Below, in pieces: positions 20,063 to 29,575 of a DNA stretch of 64,000 bases; position 1 is the stretch's first letter, and every line of letters begins with the position of its first letter. The DNA is from Candidatus Bathyarchaeia archaeon. Its GTDB lineage: Archaea > Thermoproteota > Bathyarchaeia > Bathyarchaeales > Bathycorpusculaceae. The stretch spans positions 30,147 to 94,146 of the forward strand of contig JBEKTQ010000011.1 in the NCBI GenBank assembly GCA_049515895.1. The letters run 5' to 3'. A program made the position numbers and the translations under genes. The notes under the pieces were generated by a model. That model was not told the origin of the DNA, searched no databases, and saw nothing but the letters and a program-made list of their open reading frames with translations.

Positions 20063-20256
20063 AGGCTCTTTCGCCGTTTTTCCTTCTTTTATGGAACCTA
20101 ATTAAGCACTCAAATTATTCCTCATTGATTTCTTGCTTTCTATGTTATCAAGCGCATTTTTTGGGGCTGGCGTATGGCAATTTTTATTAGCTAAAAGCGT
20201 AATCACAAGCTATATAACTTTACAGTAATATGCAATAGGCGAGGTAGAGAAGTAAC

Positions 20257-21012
20257 ATGTTCAAGCTTAAAGTGTCCGATGCTAAACTCCTAAGAGACAT
20301 GGCTACAGCCATCTCAATCCTAGTTGACGAAGCGACCTTCAAAATCGATCCTGAAGGCATTAAACTTCGAGCCATGGATCCCTCTCGGGTAGCCATGATT
20401 GATTTTGAATGGCCAAAATCCATCTTTCAAGAATACACATCCACAGAACCAGCTAAAATATGCCTTAACATCAGCGAACTACTTAAACTTCTCAAACGCG
20501 CAGGAAAAGACGAGGCTGTGGAATTATCTCTCGACGACAAAACTGGACGGTTGCTGGTAACGATAACTGGTAAGTACAACAGAAACTTCACCATGCCAAC
20601 CTTAGAAGCCTCAGAGGAAGAAGTGCCGACTCCAAAAATAACCTTCAATGTCAAAGCTAAAACCACAACACAAGGCTTAAGCCAAGCAATCGAAGACGCG
20701 CAGTTGGTAAGCGACCACGTTCGCATCGAAGCGGAACCCGAAAAGCTAACACTAAGCGCTTCAGGCGACCTAATGGGTGCAACCATAACTTTGCAGAAAG
20801 GCACAGATGCGCTGCTTGATTTGGAAGTTAAGGAAAACGCGAAAGCGACTTTCAGCTTAAGTTACCTGTCCGAAATCATAAAGGCCGCTTCAGCAACGTC
20901 GGAGATTGCAACGCTTGAATTCTCAACCGACATGCCAGTGAAAATAGACTTTCAGCAAACAAAAGAGGGAAAACTGACTTTCTTCTTAGCGCCAAGAATA
21001 GAAACCGAATAA
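20257..21012 (+). CDS. pcn: DNA sliding clamp PCNA
   Basis: LVDEATF, RAMDPSRVAMI, FSLSYL, FFLAPRIE. Confidence 0.97.
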   Translation: MFKLKVSDAKLLRDMATAISILVDEATFKIDPEGIKLRAMDPSRVAMIDFEWPKSIFQEYTSTEPAKICLNISELLKLLKRAGKDEAVELSLDDKTGRLLVTITGKYNRNFTMPTLEASEEEVPTPKITFNVKAKTTTQGLSQAIEDAQLVSDHVRIEAEPEKLTLSASGDLMGATITLQKGTDALLDLEVKENAKATFSLSYLSEIIKAASATSEIATLEFSTDMPVKIDFQQTKEGKLTFFLAPRIETE

Positions 21013-21013
21013 C

Positions 21014-22060
21014 GTGACTGTATTGCAAGTTGAATCGGCGGGATTCACCAAGAGCGATTTGGCGAAATATCCTTTTTTAAAAGAAACCGCCGAGTACATT
21101 AAACCTTTAGGCTTGCAAATAGACGATCTGGCAAGCATGGGCACCGAGCTTGTAAAGCGTGCGGAAGAAAGAGTTAACGAAGCGTTAATTGACCGACGCA
21201 TTACCCGAAACACAAAAAGAATGGAAATCGAAATCCCTTCCTTCCCGCTTGCGCTGCTGATTGTTATAGCAACCGAAAACACATTTATTAAAAAAAGGTA
21301 CGCGTTGGCAGAGGCTAAGCAGGCATCCAGCGATTTGATTCTGGAGCAAAAAGAAAAAATCCTCAAAGTAGCTCGCGATTTTGATTGGAAAATAAAGTTC
21401 GCTAAGGAAAGCGCTGACTCACCTCTAGATTTTTTCATCAGTTTTGCAGATTACTTAAGAAACTCAGCGCACCTGCATGATAAAAAGTGGAAATTAATCA
21501 ACAGCATACTGTCCCATGGTAACGTTTACCTAAACAAAAGAGACGTCGTTAGGCTCCTGGAAGAAGAAATCCGCAGACGTATTGAGAAAAGATTGGACGT
21601 TAAACTGCAAAAGTGCCCAGAAGAACTGGGGATAATAGCTGAACGAGTGAAAAAACTTGCTTCTGAAGTTATTGGAACGATGGAGACCGAAGAATTACCG
21701 AAAGTTGTTGTTCAATCGGCTTATCCACCCTGCGTTATGGTTCTGATGGAAACTGCCAAGTCGAATCATCACCTATCGCATATTGAACGGTTTACGTTAA
21801 CCTCCTTCCTGGTTAACATCGGGCTGTCGTCTGAAAATGTGAATGAATTATTCAAAACCTTCTCGGATTACAATGAAAGGTTAACTCGCTACCAAATCGA
21901 ACATATCGCGGGTGAAAGAGGTTCGGCAACACGTTACATTCCCCCTCAATGCTCCCTCCTGCAAACGCACGGAGTATGCAAAAACAGGGATGATTTGTGC
22001 CGCCGTATCTATCATCCGCTAAGGTATTATAAACTCAAGCAAAAGCTTGCTTTACAATAA
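21014..22060 (+). CDS. priL: DNA primase large subunit
   Basis: DLAKYPFL, RYALAEAK, Fe-S domain YPPCV...LSHIERF...YQIEHIAG...PPQC..LQTHGVC....LC....HPL.YY. Confidence 0.93.
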   Translation: MTVLQVESAGFTKSDLAKYPFLKETAEYIKPLGLQIDDLASMGTELVKRAEERVNEALIDRRITRNTKRMEIEIPSFPLALLIVIATENTFIKKRYALAEAKQASSDLILEQKEKILKVARDFDWKIKFAKESADSPLDFFISFADYLRNSAHLHDKKWKLINSILSHGNVYLNKRDVVRLLEEEIRRRIEKRLDVKLQKCPEELGIIAERVKKLASEVIGTMETEELPKVVVQSAYPPCVMVLMETAKSNHHLSHIERFTLTSFLVNIGLSSENVNELFKTFSDYNERLTRYQIEHIAGERGSATRYIPPQCSLLQTHGVCKNRDDLCRRIYHPLRYYKLKQKLALQ

Positions 22061-22108
22061 TTGCTCAAGATTTATATGTTCACTTTAACTAAAGTGAGGT
22101 AGAGTCAT

Positions 22109-22852
22109 ATGCGTTATCAGTTAATTGGAGATGAGGTGCAGGACGCAGAAATCGGGGTAATCCTACCTACTTTTAGAGAAGCCGAAAATATTTCCAAATT
22201 AATTGATGACATCGAGAGCTTAAAGCTAAAAAGCACTATCCTCGTGATTGACGACTCAAGCCCCGATAAAACAGCGGAAATCGTACAGGAGAAACAATGC
22301 AAATATAGCAACATCCTGCTTTGTCTTCGACCTAAAAAAAGCGGGTTAGGAACCGCAATAACCGATGGCTTTAAGTTCTTCTTGAACTCAAAGTCGTCTC
22401 CAAAATACATATTTACGATGGATGCTGACTACTCGCATAACCCCAAAGACATACCGCAACTTCTGTCTACAATGATCGAAACTGAATGCGGAATAGTTAT
22501 CGGCAGCAGGTACATCAAAGGCGGACATATTACAAATTGGCCTTTCACTAGAAAAATAATTAGCCGCGCTGCCAATTTCATAGCCAAGTTTTCACTCGGA
22601 TTAAAACCCCACGATTGCACGAGCGGCTTCCGTTGTTACTCCGCAAAGTTTCTAAGCGCAACTATCAGCAACTTGCACAGCCACACTTACGAGATTCAAA
22701 TAGAAACCATAAGGCAGGCTCATTTGAGGAAGTTCGACGTCAAGGAAAATCCAATTTTATTCGTTAACCGAAAAAGCGGAAAATCCAAGTTAAGTTGGAC
22801 TGAAATCCACAGCTATATTACTTACACTTTAAAGGCAATTTCACGTTCCTAA
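22109..22852 (+). CDS. GT2 polyprenol-phosphate glycosyltransferase (DPM1-like)
   Basis: LPTFREAENI, IDDSSPDKT, MDADYSH.P, GSRY, DCTSGFR, R..GKSKL. Confidence 0.88.
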   Translation: MRYQLIGDEVQDAEIGVILPTFREAENISKLIDDIESLKLKSTILVIDDSSPDKTAEIVQEKQCKYSNILLCLRPKKSGLGTAITDGFKFFLNSKSSPKYIFTMDADYSHNPKDIPQLLSTMIETECGIVIGSRYIKGGHITNWPFTRKIISRAANFIAKFSLGLKPHDCTSGFRCYSAKFLSATISNLHSHTYEIQIETIRQAHLRKFDVKENPILFVNRKSGKSKLSWTEIHSYITYTLKAISRS

Positions 22853-22903
22853 GCTTTTCCTAAGTCAGATAGTGACCTTTTTTGTGTTAAGGTATATTAC
22901 TAC

Positions 22904-24607
22904 ATGTTTGTAGCTCTAAATCATAGGCGAACATGCTTGGCTAAGCGCTCCAGCACTTGGATTCTTCTTTTTTCAGCCATGCTTTTCATAGCGCTGAGCA
23001 TAACCCTTGCTACAATTAGCCTATACCCAATTCCAATTAAAGGCAGCGTCCAAACCCATGTCTTAATCAACGATACTTTCCAGTTGTCTCCCAACGAAAC
23101 CTACAGGCAAGGTCTGGGTTCTTTTTACGGCGGCGAAAATATTACTATTAAAGTGCAGTCGTCCCCCTCATTCCAGAAAAACTTTTCACTCATGCTTCCC
23201 TTGTCAAATGACATTCTTTTAATTAAGACTGGCACGTCTTATAATTCCACCCAGCCAAACTTAACGTACTCATTCCTCGCAAGCCCTGACTATTACGATG
23301 CCGTTTTTACTTCTGCTTCGTCAAACTCTGGAACAATACATTTACAAGTGTTTGAGCAAAAACCAAAAACTTTCTACCAGAATTCGTGGCTAACTGAGCC
23401 CTCAGAAATATTGTTCATAGTAAGCTTGGTAGTAGCAATCCTGTTATTGTTAAAAATGGTTTTGTACAGCCTCCCGGTGCCTAACCATATTCCGTCAATA
23501 AGCAAGAAAGCCCGAAAATGGCTCTTAGCGCTACTCTTGTTCGGGTTGGTAGTTTGGCTTTTTATTCTTGCAATTAATTCAGGCCCTCTTGCAACTTTTG
23601 AAAACTGGTACACTGATAACGCTCGAGATTCTTATTCTTCTATTCTGTTTCTTAAAGATGGGTTTTCAGTTTTCAGTCAACCCTTAGGTAAACTTGCAAG
23701 CCTCGACAACTCAAACTACAAGTATGTAACGTGGCCACAAATGCCCCACCTATACCCGCTAGGTAGCGTTCTGTTGTTCTTACCTTTCGGTGTACTTATC
23801 CAAAACGGCTTTAATTCAACCGTTTTATTTAAAATTGAAATAGCCTTGTTCTTGGTAGTTGCTACAGCGTGTGTTTATTTTTTCCTGAAGGTTTTCGTGA
23901 AGAAAGACATGACTTTGATTCTAAAGCTTCTTGGCGTTTACATCATATATGTAACATTGGTAGCTTACGCAGCCGACGGTATGTTTGAATCAGTCGCTTT
24001 CCTTTTCGCCCTGTTCGCCGTATACATGTTCATAACTGAACGCTATGACTACTTTTTCTTACTTGTAACAATTTCAACGTTTTTCAAATATGAGGCAGCC
24101 ATTTTTCTTTTTCCTCTAATCATTGTCGGCTTGATAAGACTTGTTCAGAAAAACAACTTACGGCGCCTGTTGAAGAATAAAGCCATCGTAGCCGGCCTGA
24201 TTCTTGGATTAGTAAGCATATTCACTGCTTACTTGAGTGCTCCTTACCTCCTGTCGGGAAACTCGCAATTGATTATGAATGGCATAAACGCTTTTTCATC
24301 TAACACTCATATCGCTTGGGTTAACCAGTCTTTCTTTGTTCTCCTAACGCTTGGAGCAACCATAAGCTACGCCGTCTACATGCTCAACAAAAACAGCCTT
24401 CTTTCTTTATCAGCGCTTTTTCTGCTTCTGCCAAGCTTCTTGATGCCTTACATCCAAAACTGGTATTTCCCCTTCATTTTTGTGTATGCGCTTATTCCCC
24501 AACAGAAAAAAGAGCTCAACGTAACCGTGTTCTGGCTGGGCTTCATGATTACTATACTGGCGTATTCAGGAACCAATTTCCAGCTGCTCATCCAGTACTT
24601 CCACTAA
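22904..24607 (+). CDS. Multi-pass membrane protein, putative GT-C glycosyltransferase with an extracellular N-terminal domain
   Basis: About 12 TM segments, luminal WYTD loop, YPLG, DGMFE, KYEA and NWY motifs reminiscent of GT87/GT-C. Directly follows the DPM1-like gene. Confidence 0.6.
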   Translation: MFVALNHRRTCLAKRSSTWILLFSAMLFIALSITLATISLYPIPIKGSVQTHVLINDTFQLSPNETYRQGLGSFYGGENITIKVQSSPSFQKNFSLMLPLSNDILLIKTGTSYNSTQPNLTYSFLASPDYYDAVFTSASSNSGTIHLQVFEQKPKTFYQNSWLTEPSEILFIVSLVVAILLLLKMVLYSLPVPNHIPSISKKARKWLLALLLFGLVVWLFILAINSGPLATFENWYTDNARDSYSSILFLKDGFSVFSQPLGKLASLDNSNYKYVTWPQMPHLYPLGSVLLFLPFGVLIQNGFNSTVLFKIEIALFLVVATACVYFFLKVFVKKDMTLILKLLGVYIIYVTLVAYAADGMFESVAFLFALFAVYMFITERYDYFFLLVTISTFFKYEAAIFLFPLIIVGLIRLVQKNNLRRLLKNKAIVAGLILGLVSIFTAYLSAPYLLSGNSQLIMNGINAFSSNTHIAWVNQSFFVLLTLGATISYAVYMLNKNSLLSLSALFLLLPSFLMPYIQNWYFPFIFVYALIPQQKKELNVTVFWLGFMITILAYSGTNFQLLIQYFH

Positions 24608-24749
24608 ATCTTCCTAGGCAACGCTGCTAACCCCTTTTGGTTAGATGATGCATCAACCGTTGGTGCAACATGCAAATCAGCTCCTCTTCAGCGTACACAA
24701 ATAAATTCATGCACATAATCAATATATCAACAGTTGTTGAGGTGGGGAC

Positions 24750-25979
24750 TTGGAGGCTTCTATGGATTTCGTTTTCCAAAAATTCTGCGAGTATTACAGA
24801 GACCCCTCCAACGTAATTCCCGCCCCGATTTTTGCTGAGCAGAGAGAATTCGGCTACCTGACGTTTAAAGAGCGGTTCATGGTCAGGCACAAACGATTCA
24901 GTGGCATAGCCAGCTTAAGGTCCGCTCTCATCCAAACAGTTCCATCCAACGTTTACCATTCTTGTGCTTACTACGAAAACCCAAATTTTGACATGGACAA
25001 AAAAGGCTGGTTAGGAGCCGACCTGGTCTTCGACATAGACGCCGACCACATCCCGAGCCCCTGCAATAAAATTCACGATGAATTCATCTGCGCCAAATGC
25101 GGTTTCAGCGGCCGAGGCATAACCCCGGAAGTTTGCCCTGCCTGCGAAGGAACGAAATTCGCCACCAAAACGTGGCCCTGCGAACTCTGCATACAATCCG
25201 CCAGAGAAGAAACAGCCAAACTGGTCGACATGCTGAGCAATGATTTTGGTTTTTCCCTTGATGAGTTGCATGTGTTTTTTTCTGGGCACAGAGGATATCA
25301 TGTGCATGTTGAAGATGAAGCTGTACGCTCGCTGGATGCTATGGCAAGAAAGGAAATAGTAGATTACGTCACAGGATTGGGCTTAGCCGCGCTTGATAAG
25401 GAATCACAAGAGAAGCGGGGAAGACGAAAGCAGAGCGCCAAAAAATTTAATTTGCATAATTTCGGCTGGAATAAGCGCCTTAAAACTGGCATGGAAAATT
25501 TTCTTCTAACTGCAACCAAAGACGACCTTAAAAACGCAGGCTTAAGGAATCCTGCTCTTTTGAAAAATAAAGACGCGATTATCAAACGGGCTATTACTGA
25601 TGGTCGATGGGAAAGCATAAACGACGTTAGCATTCAGACTTGGCTCAAACTCGCCGCGTACGTGAAGGATTTGCAGTCGTCGAAGATCGACACCGTTGTC
25701 ACCACGGATGTTCACCGTTTAATCAGGATGGCCGGTACCTTGCATGGGAAAACGGGATTAAAGAAAGTAGAGTTTCCAGCAAAAAACTTGCAGGATTTTG
25801 ACCCGTTTTCTGGAGCGGTAGCTTTTAAAAAGGGGAACGTAAAAGTGTTGGTCTCTGATGCGCCAGAGTTCAAGATGGGCGGGCAAACGTTTGGTCCATA
25901 CAGAAACGAGACCAAAGAGTTACCTGTTGCCGCGGCGGTCATGCTTATCTGCAAGGGACGGGCTAAGGTGGCAGACTAA
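24750..25979 (+). CDS. priS: DNA primase small (catalytic) subunit
   Basis: QREFG, YHSCAYY, GADLVFDIDADH, FSGHRGYHVH, IDTVVTTDVHRLIR..GTLHGKTG. Confidence 0.95.
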   Translation: MEASMDFVFQKFCEYYRDPSNVIPAPIFAEQREFGYLTFKERFMVRHKRFSGIASLRSALIQTVPSNVYHSCAYYENPNFDMDKKGWLGADLVFDIDADHIPSPCNKIHDEFICAKCGFSGRGITPEVCPACEGTKFATKTWPCELCIQSAREETAKLVDMLSNDFGFSLDELHVFFSGHRGYHVHVEDEAVRSLDAMARKEIVDYVTGLGLAALDKESQEKRGRRKQSAKKFNLHNFGWNKRLKTGMENFLLTATKDDLKNAGLRNPALLKNKDAIIKRAITDGRWESINDVSIQTWLKLAAYVKDLQSSKIDTVVTTDVHRLIRMAGTLHGKTGLKKVEFPAKNLQDFDPFSGAVAFKKGNVKVLVSDAPEFKMGGQTFGPYRNETKELPVAAAVMLICKGRAKVAD

Positions 25980-26563
25980 TGTATAATGAACTTTACATGG
26001 CATGGCTAAGAGAAGTGGACGAGGATTCGCTCGGGGGCTTACCGCGTGATTTTTACGTCAAAATAGCCGATTACCTAAAACGCATAAGGGAAGAAAACAG
26101 GCTGCCTGACAAAAAATCTGTAAAGGTAAGCTTGCTTGACCATGAAGCCAATAACGTGGCACTCATGCTCGAAGAGTTGCTTTGGGCAAGATACAAAAAA
26201 CTGTTGAAGAAAATCAGCCAAAACCAAACCTTGCCGTCTGAACTGCTAACGGTTGAAGAGGCGAAGATGTGTGAAAGCTTTGCAGCTTTCGCGGGTGCAT
26301 ACCAGAAGTTTACAAAGGACTTACTGCAAGGCCAAATAAGCCAAAGTGGTAGCCAAGCGCTTCGCCAAACCGAGACTAAAGCGGAAGTTGAAGTTAGTCA
26401 TAAACGGGTGACGTTAAGGTTCATAAAGAATATTCCAGCGATTATGGGCGCCGACATGAAATCTTATGGTCCTTTTCTGGTCGAGGACGTTGCTTCCGTG
26501 CCGGCTGAGAATGCCACCATTTTGGTTAAACAGGGTTTGGCGGTGTTGGTTGAGGTTTCTTAA
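25979..26563 (+). CDS. gins15: GINS subunit Gins15/Gins51
   Basis: Helical A domain (LPRDFY, RYKKLL, LTVEE) plus C-terminal B domain (IPAIMGADMKSYGPFLVEDVASVP.ENA..LV). Follows priS. Confidence 0.85.
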   Translation: MYNELYMAWLREVDEDSLGGLPRDFYVKIADYLKRIREENRLPDKKSVKVSLLDHEANNVALMLEELLWARYKKLLKKISQNQTLPSELLTVEEAKMCESFAAFAGAYQKFTKDLLQGQISQSGSQALRQTETKAEVEVSHKRVTLRFIKNIPAIMGADMKSYGPFLVEDVASVPAENATILVKQGLAVLVEVS

Positions 26564-27584
26564 GGGCTTTATCGGATTTTCCAATTTTTAGTTTTCGCCA
26601 CAGACCTTGGGTAGCGAAAATGATTAGTGGATAACACATTATCCAAATTATCGAGTAGAGGGGGCCATAATAAAAGTGGAAATCTTGCACTTGTGTTGAG
26701 TTTACCCCATACTGCATGCCGATGTTGAAGATGGTGACTATCCTGAGCACGTTTATGAAGTAGGTGACGACTACCCCAGTCGCAAAGTATCCTGCTTTAG
26801 CCTTCCAAGAGATGTGTATCTGCTGGAGAAACACTAAAACCACTGCCGTGAAAATTAGGAAACTTTCGATGCCAGCGCAGGGCCAAGCAATTGAGAATTT
26901 AGCCGTTCCTAAGGGTCCCGTGGCTTGCAGGGTTGGCATCCCATTTACTGTCTTTAGGGAAGTGATGCATCCCATCCAGTTCAGTGTTTTAGCGGCAAGT
27001 ATAGCGGTGGTCGGGACTAATATTTGAAATGGGGTAAATGCTCCGTAAGGAAAAACGTTGTCGATGGTGTATATGACTCCAACTAACCCTGCAAATATTC
27101 CTGGCAAGGCTAGGCCAGCCAGACCTTTTTTGCCGAAATAGAATAACGCGATAAAACAGAAGAGAACTGAAAAAACGAGGTACTCAAGCGACAGCGGCAT
27201 GGAATCGTAGAAGGCAACTCCTGCCTGCTGAGACCATTTTGCTATGGCACCGTTTAGTCCAAGATAATACTCAGAAATCACGTAAATTGTGGGAAGCAGC
27301 AACGCCACACTGAAAGCGACAAGCTTCGTAACACTTTGTTTATTCATTTTTGGTTTGAAGGTATCCCAGCTAAGGATAAATTCAAGTGCCACGAGCCAAA
27401 TGAAGAATAGCTGGAAGGTTCTGCCCTTCCACATTAACTGAAAGGACGACTGAGCATTAACCTGAAGGTAAGGGTCAGAGGGGTTCAATATGAATAGCAA
27501 AGCCATTGGCACAGCAAATGCTATGAGTGGCAACAGCTTAGCAATGGCATCCGTGTGCTCACTTATTTTTGAAAAAACTTGCAT
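26526..27584 (-). CDS. Archaeosortase/exosortase-family protein (thaumarchaeosortase-like)
   Basis: Multi-TM. Cys-Arg-His triad motifs WPCAGIES, INVLRI, FHFYYG. N-terminal WKGRTFQLFFIWL. Confidence 0.85.
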   Translation of the reverse strand: MQVFSKISEHTDAIAKLLPLIAFAVPMALLFILNPSDPYLQVNAQSSFQLMWKGRTFQLFFIWLVALEFILSWDTFKPKMNKQSVTKLVAFSVALLLPTIYVISEYYLGLNGAIAKWSQQAGVAFYDSMPLSLEYLVFSVLFCFIALFYFGKKGLAGLALPGIFAGLVGVIYTIDNVFPYGAFTPFQILVPTTAILAAKTLNWMGCITSLKTVNGMPTLQATGPLGTAKFSIAWPCAGIESFLIFTAVVLVFLQQIHISWKAKAGYFATGVVVTYFINVLRIVTIFNIGMQYGVNSTQVQDFHFYYGPLYSIIWIMCYPLIIFATQGLWRKLKIGKSDKALKKPQPTPPNPV

Positions 27585-27794
27585 TGCCGCATTACTCGCA
27601 TGTACATAACCTTAAAATTGGGTTAGGTTTAAAAAGAATGTGCCTTTTCATAAAACACCTGCATATCAAGCGATTGATGCAGAAAAACCAATCGGCCAGC
27701 AATGGTCCAATTCGGCTACGCTTTATTGCGGCGGAAAGGTGAAAAAGTATAAGAATGCGGATGTTCCTTCTATGCAAAGCTGGTAGTGAATAAC

Positions 27795-28070
27795 GTGAAT
27801 GTTCCTAAAGAGGTTAAAACCTACTGTCCAAAATGTAAAGTGCACCAAATTCACACCGTAACGCTTTACAAGCCAGGGAAGCGAAGAGCCCTAGCCAAGG
27901 GTGAACGCCACCATGAAAGAGAAAAGGAGGGTTATGGCGGACAAAAATATCCGTTGCAAAGGGAATTCGCGAAAACAACAAAAAAACAAACCCTGCGCCT
28001 TAAATGCAAGGTTTGCAATTACATGAGGCATAAAGACGGTATCCGTCTCAGAAAATTAAATATACAATAA
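27795..28070 (+). CDS. rpl44e: 50S ribosomal protein L44e (eL42)
   Basis: [29 protein letters not shown]. Confidence 0.96.
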   Translation: MNVPKEVKTYCPKCKVHQIHTVTLYKPGKRRALAKGERHHEREKEGYGGQKYPLQREFAKTTKKQTLRLKCKVCNYMRHKDGIRLRKLNIQ

Positions 28071-28087
28071 TTATGGAGAGAAAAGAT

Positions 28088-28285
28088 ATGACTGAATGGA
28101 GTAAACTTATTCCGAAACCGCGAAGCATCTTCCTCAGAGTTAAATGCTCAAAATGCGGCAATGAACAACTAGTCTTTAGCAATGCTGTTAACAAAGTAAA
28201 CTGCAACGTGTGCGGAGTAACACTTGCTGAGCCAACTGGGGGAAGAGCAAAGATTAATGGTGATGTGCAAGCCATTCTCGAATAG
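28088..28285 (+). CDS. rps27e: 30S ribosomal protein S27e
   Basis: [21 protein letters not shown]...[14 protein letters not shown]. Confidence 0.96.
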   Translation: MTEWSKLIPKPRSIFLRVKCSKCGNEQLVFSNAVNKVNCNVCGVTLAEPTGGRAKINGDVQAILE

Positions 28286-28299
28286 GGATGGCGAAATGA

Positions 28300-28491
28300 A
28301 TGGCTGAGCGTAAGCCCGAGTGGCCTGAAGCCGGCGACTTGGTTATTGTCACGGTAGAATCCGTCACCGATTATGGCGCTTACGTTAAATTTGACGAATT
28401 CGACAAACGTTGGTTGCTTCACACATCCCAAGACACTGTGACAACCGTCTCAAAAGCAGGCGGAGAAAGCACTTTCAGAAGGGAAAAATAA
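28300..28491 (+). pseudogene. eif2a: Translation initiation factor aIF2-alpha, internally deleted (63 aa)
   Basis: N-terminus WPEAGDLVIVTVESVTDYGAYVK.DE is the aIF2a S1 start. It joins directly to a C-terminus-like SKAGGESTFRREK. Located at the canonical site between rps27e and nop10. Confidence 0.85.
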
Positions 28492-28659
28492 TTGGTGTGG
28501 CAACTCCGCAAATGCGTAAACTGCAGCAAGTACACTCTGAAAAAAGATAGTTGCCCTTACTGCGGCGGACCCGTTAGGATTCCGCATCCAGCAAAGTTTT
28601 CCCCAGATGATAAATATCTTAAATACCGTATGGCAATGAAAAGGAGTTGTGCAGAATGA
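28492..28659 (+). CDS. nop10: H/ACA RNP protein Nop10 (not in ORF track)
   Basis: Translated by hand from TTG 28492: MVWQLRKCVNCSKYTLKKDSCPYCGGPVRIPHPAKFSPDDKYLKYRMAMKRSCAE. Confidence 0.95.
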   Translation: MVWQLRKCVNCSKYTLKKDSCPYCGGPVRIPHPAKFSPDDKYLKYRMAMKRSCAE

Positions 28660-29426
28660 AAGAAACATACCTTAAACAGTTCGCTGAAATCCAGCCCAAC
28701 AACCCGATTCTAATCGAAGGTCTCCCAGGATTGGGGCTTGTGGGCAAAATCGCACTCCGCTACATGGTTAAACAATTGAAACCCAAAAAAGTAGCATATC
28801 TTTACTCGCCGCATTTTCCATACTTCGTCTTAGTCAACAAGAAGGGAAACGTTCGCCTCTTAAGGGGAGTATTTTACTATCATAAGAATCCAAATGGAAA
28901 TGACTTGATTCTGTTCACAGGCGACAGCCAATCACAAACAATCGAAGGACAATACGAAATCGCCGATCAAATTCTTGCCTTCTCAGAAAAGTACAACGTA
29001 AAAACAATCGCGACAATCGGCGGCTACCGAATGGAACCCACAGAAAAACCCAAAGTCTTTATCGCGGCAACATCTCAAGAAATCCTGGACAAAGCCCTAC
29101 GCGCAGGCGCAACACTTAGCACTTCAGGAAGCCCCATCGTTGGAACAGCTGGATTAATTCTTGGTCTAGCAAAATTCAAAAAAATAGGGGCTCTTTGCCT
29201 GCTCGGCGAAACGCGCGGTTACTTGCCTGACCCGCTCTCTGCAAAAAGCGTGCTTGAGGTCCTGAAGTCCACGTTTAACTTCGACTTAGACCTCGCGGGA
29301 TTAGACGAGGAAATTGCTCGAGCTGAAACAATGGTGACTCGCCTCCAGCAGATCGAAGAGAAACGGGCTCTTGAAGCTGAACAAACCCGAAAAGAAGATG
29401 ACAAAAAGACCACTTACATTTCTTAA
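28656..29426 (+). CDS. PAC2-family proteasome assembly chaperone (COG2047)
   Basis: LIEGLPGLGLVGK, LYSPHFP, TGDSQ, IVG.AGL.LG, CLLGET.GY..DP..AK. ATGA overlap with nop10. Confidence 0.9.
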   Translation: MKETYLKQFAEIQPNNPILIEGLPGLGLVGKIALRYMVKQLKPKKVAYLYSPHFPYFVLVNKKGNVRLLRGVFYYHKNPNGNDLILFTGDSQSQTIEGQYEIADQILAFSEKYNVKTIATIGGYRMEPTEKPKVFIAATSQEILDKALRAGATLSTSGSPIVGTAGLILGLAKFKKIGALCLLGETRGYLPDPLSAKSVLEVLKSTFNFDLDLAGLDEEIARAETMVTRLQQIEEKRALEAEQTRKEDDKKTTYIS

Positions 29427-29575
29427 GCCAAACTTTTCTTTATTACATCCACGATTTTCTGTATGCTGTTTCGCGTCACGAAAGATGAAGCTTTGATAAT
29501 GAGAGTCATCTGATTATTTCCGGCTTTATTCCTGTAATAATTAAGACTTGCTTCGTTGCTTGCTACGGTCCTTTT

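Noticed and set aside
28450-28668. 72-aa minus-strand ORF
   Set aside because: Antisense to nop10, which is clearly the real gene.
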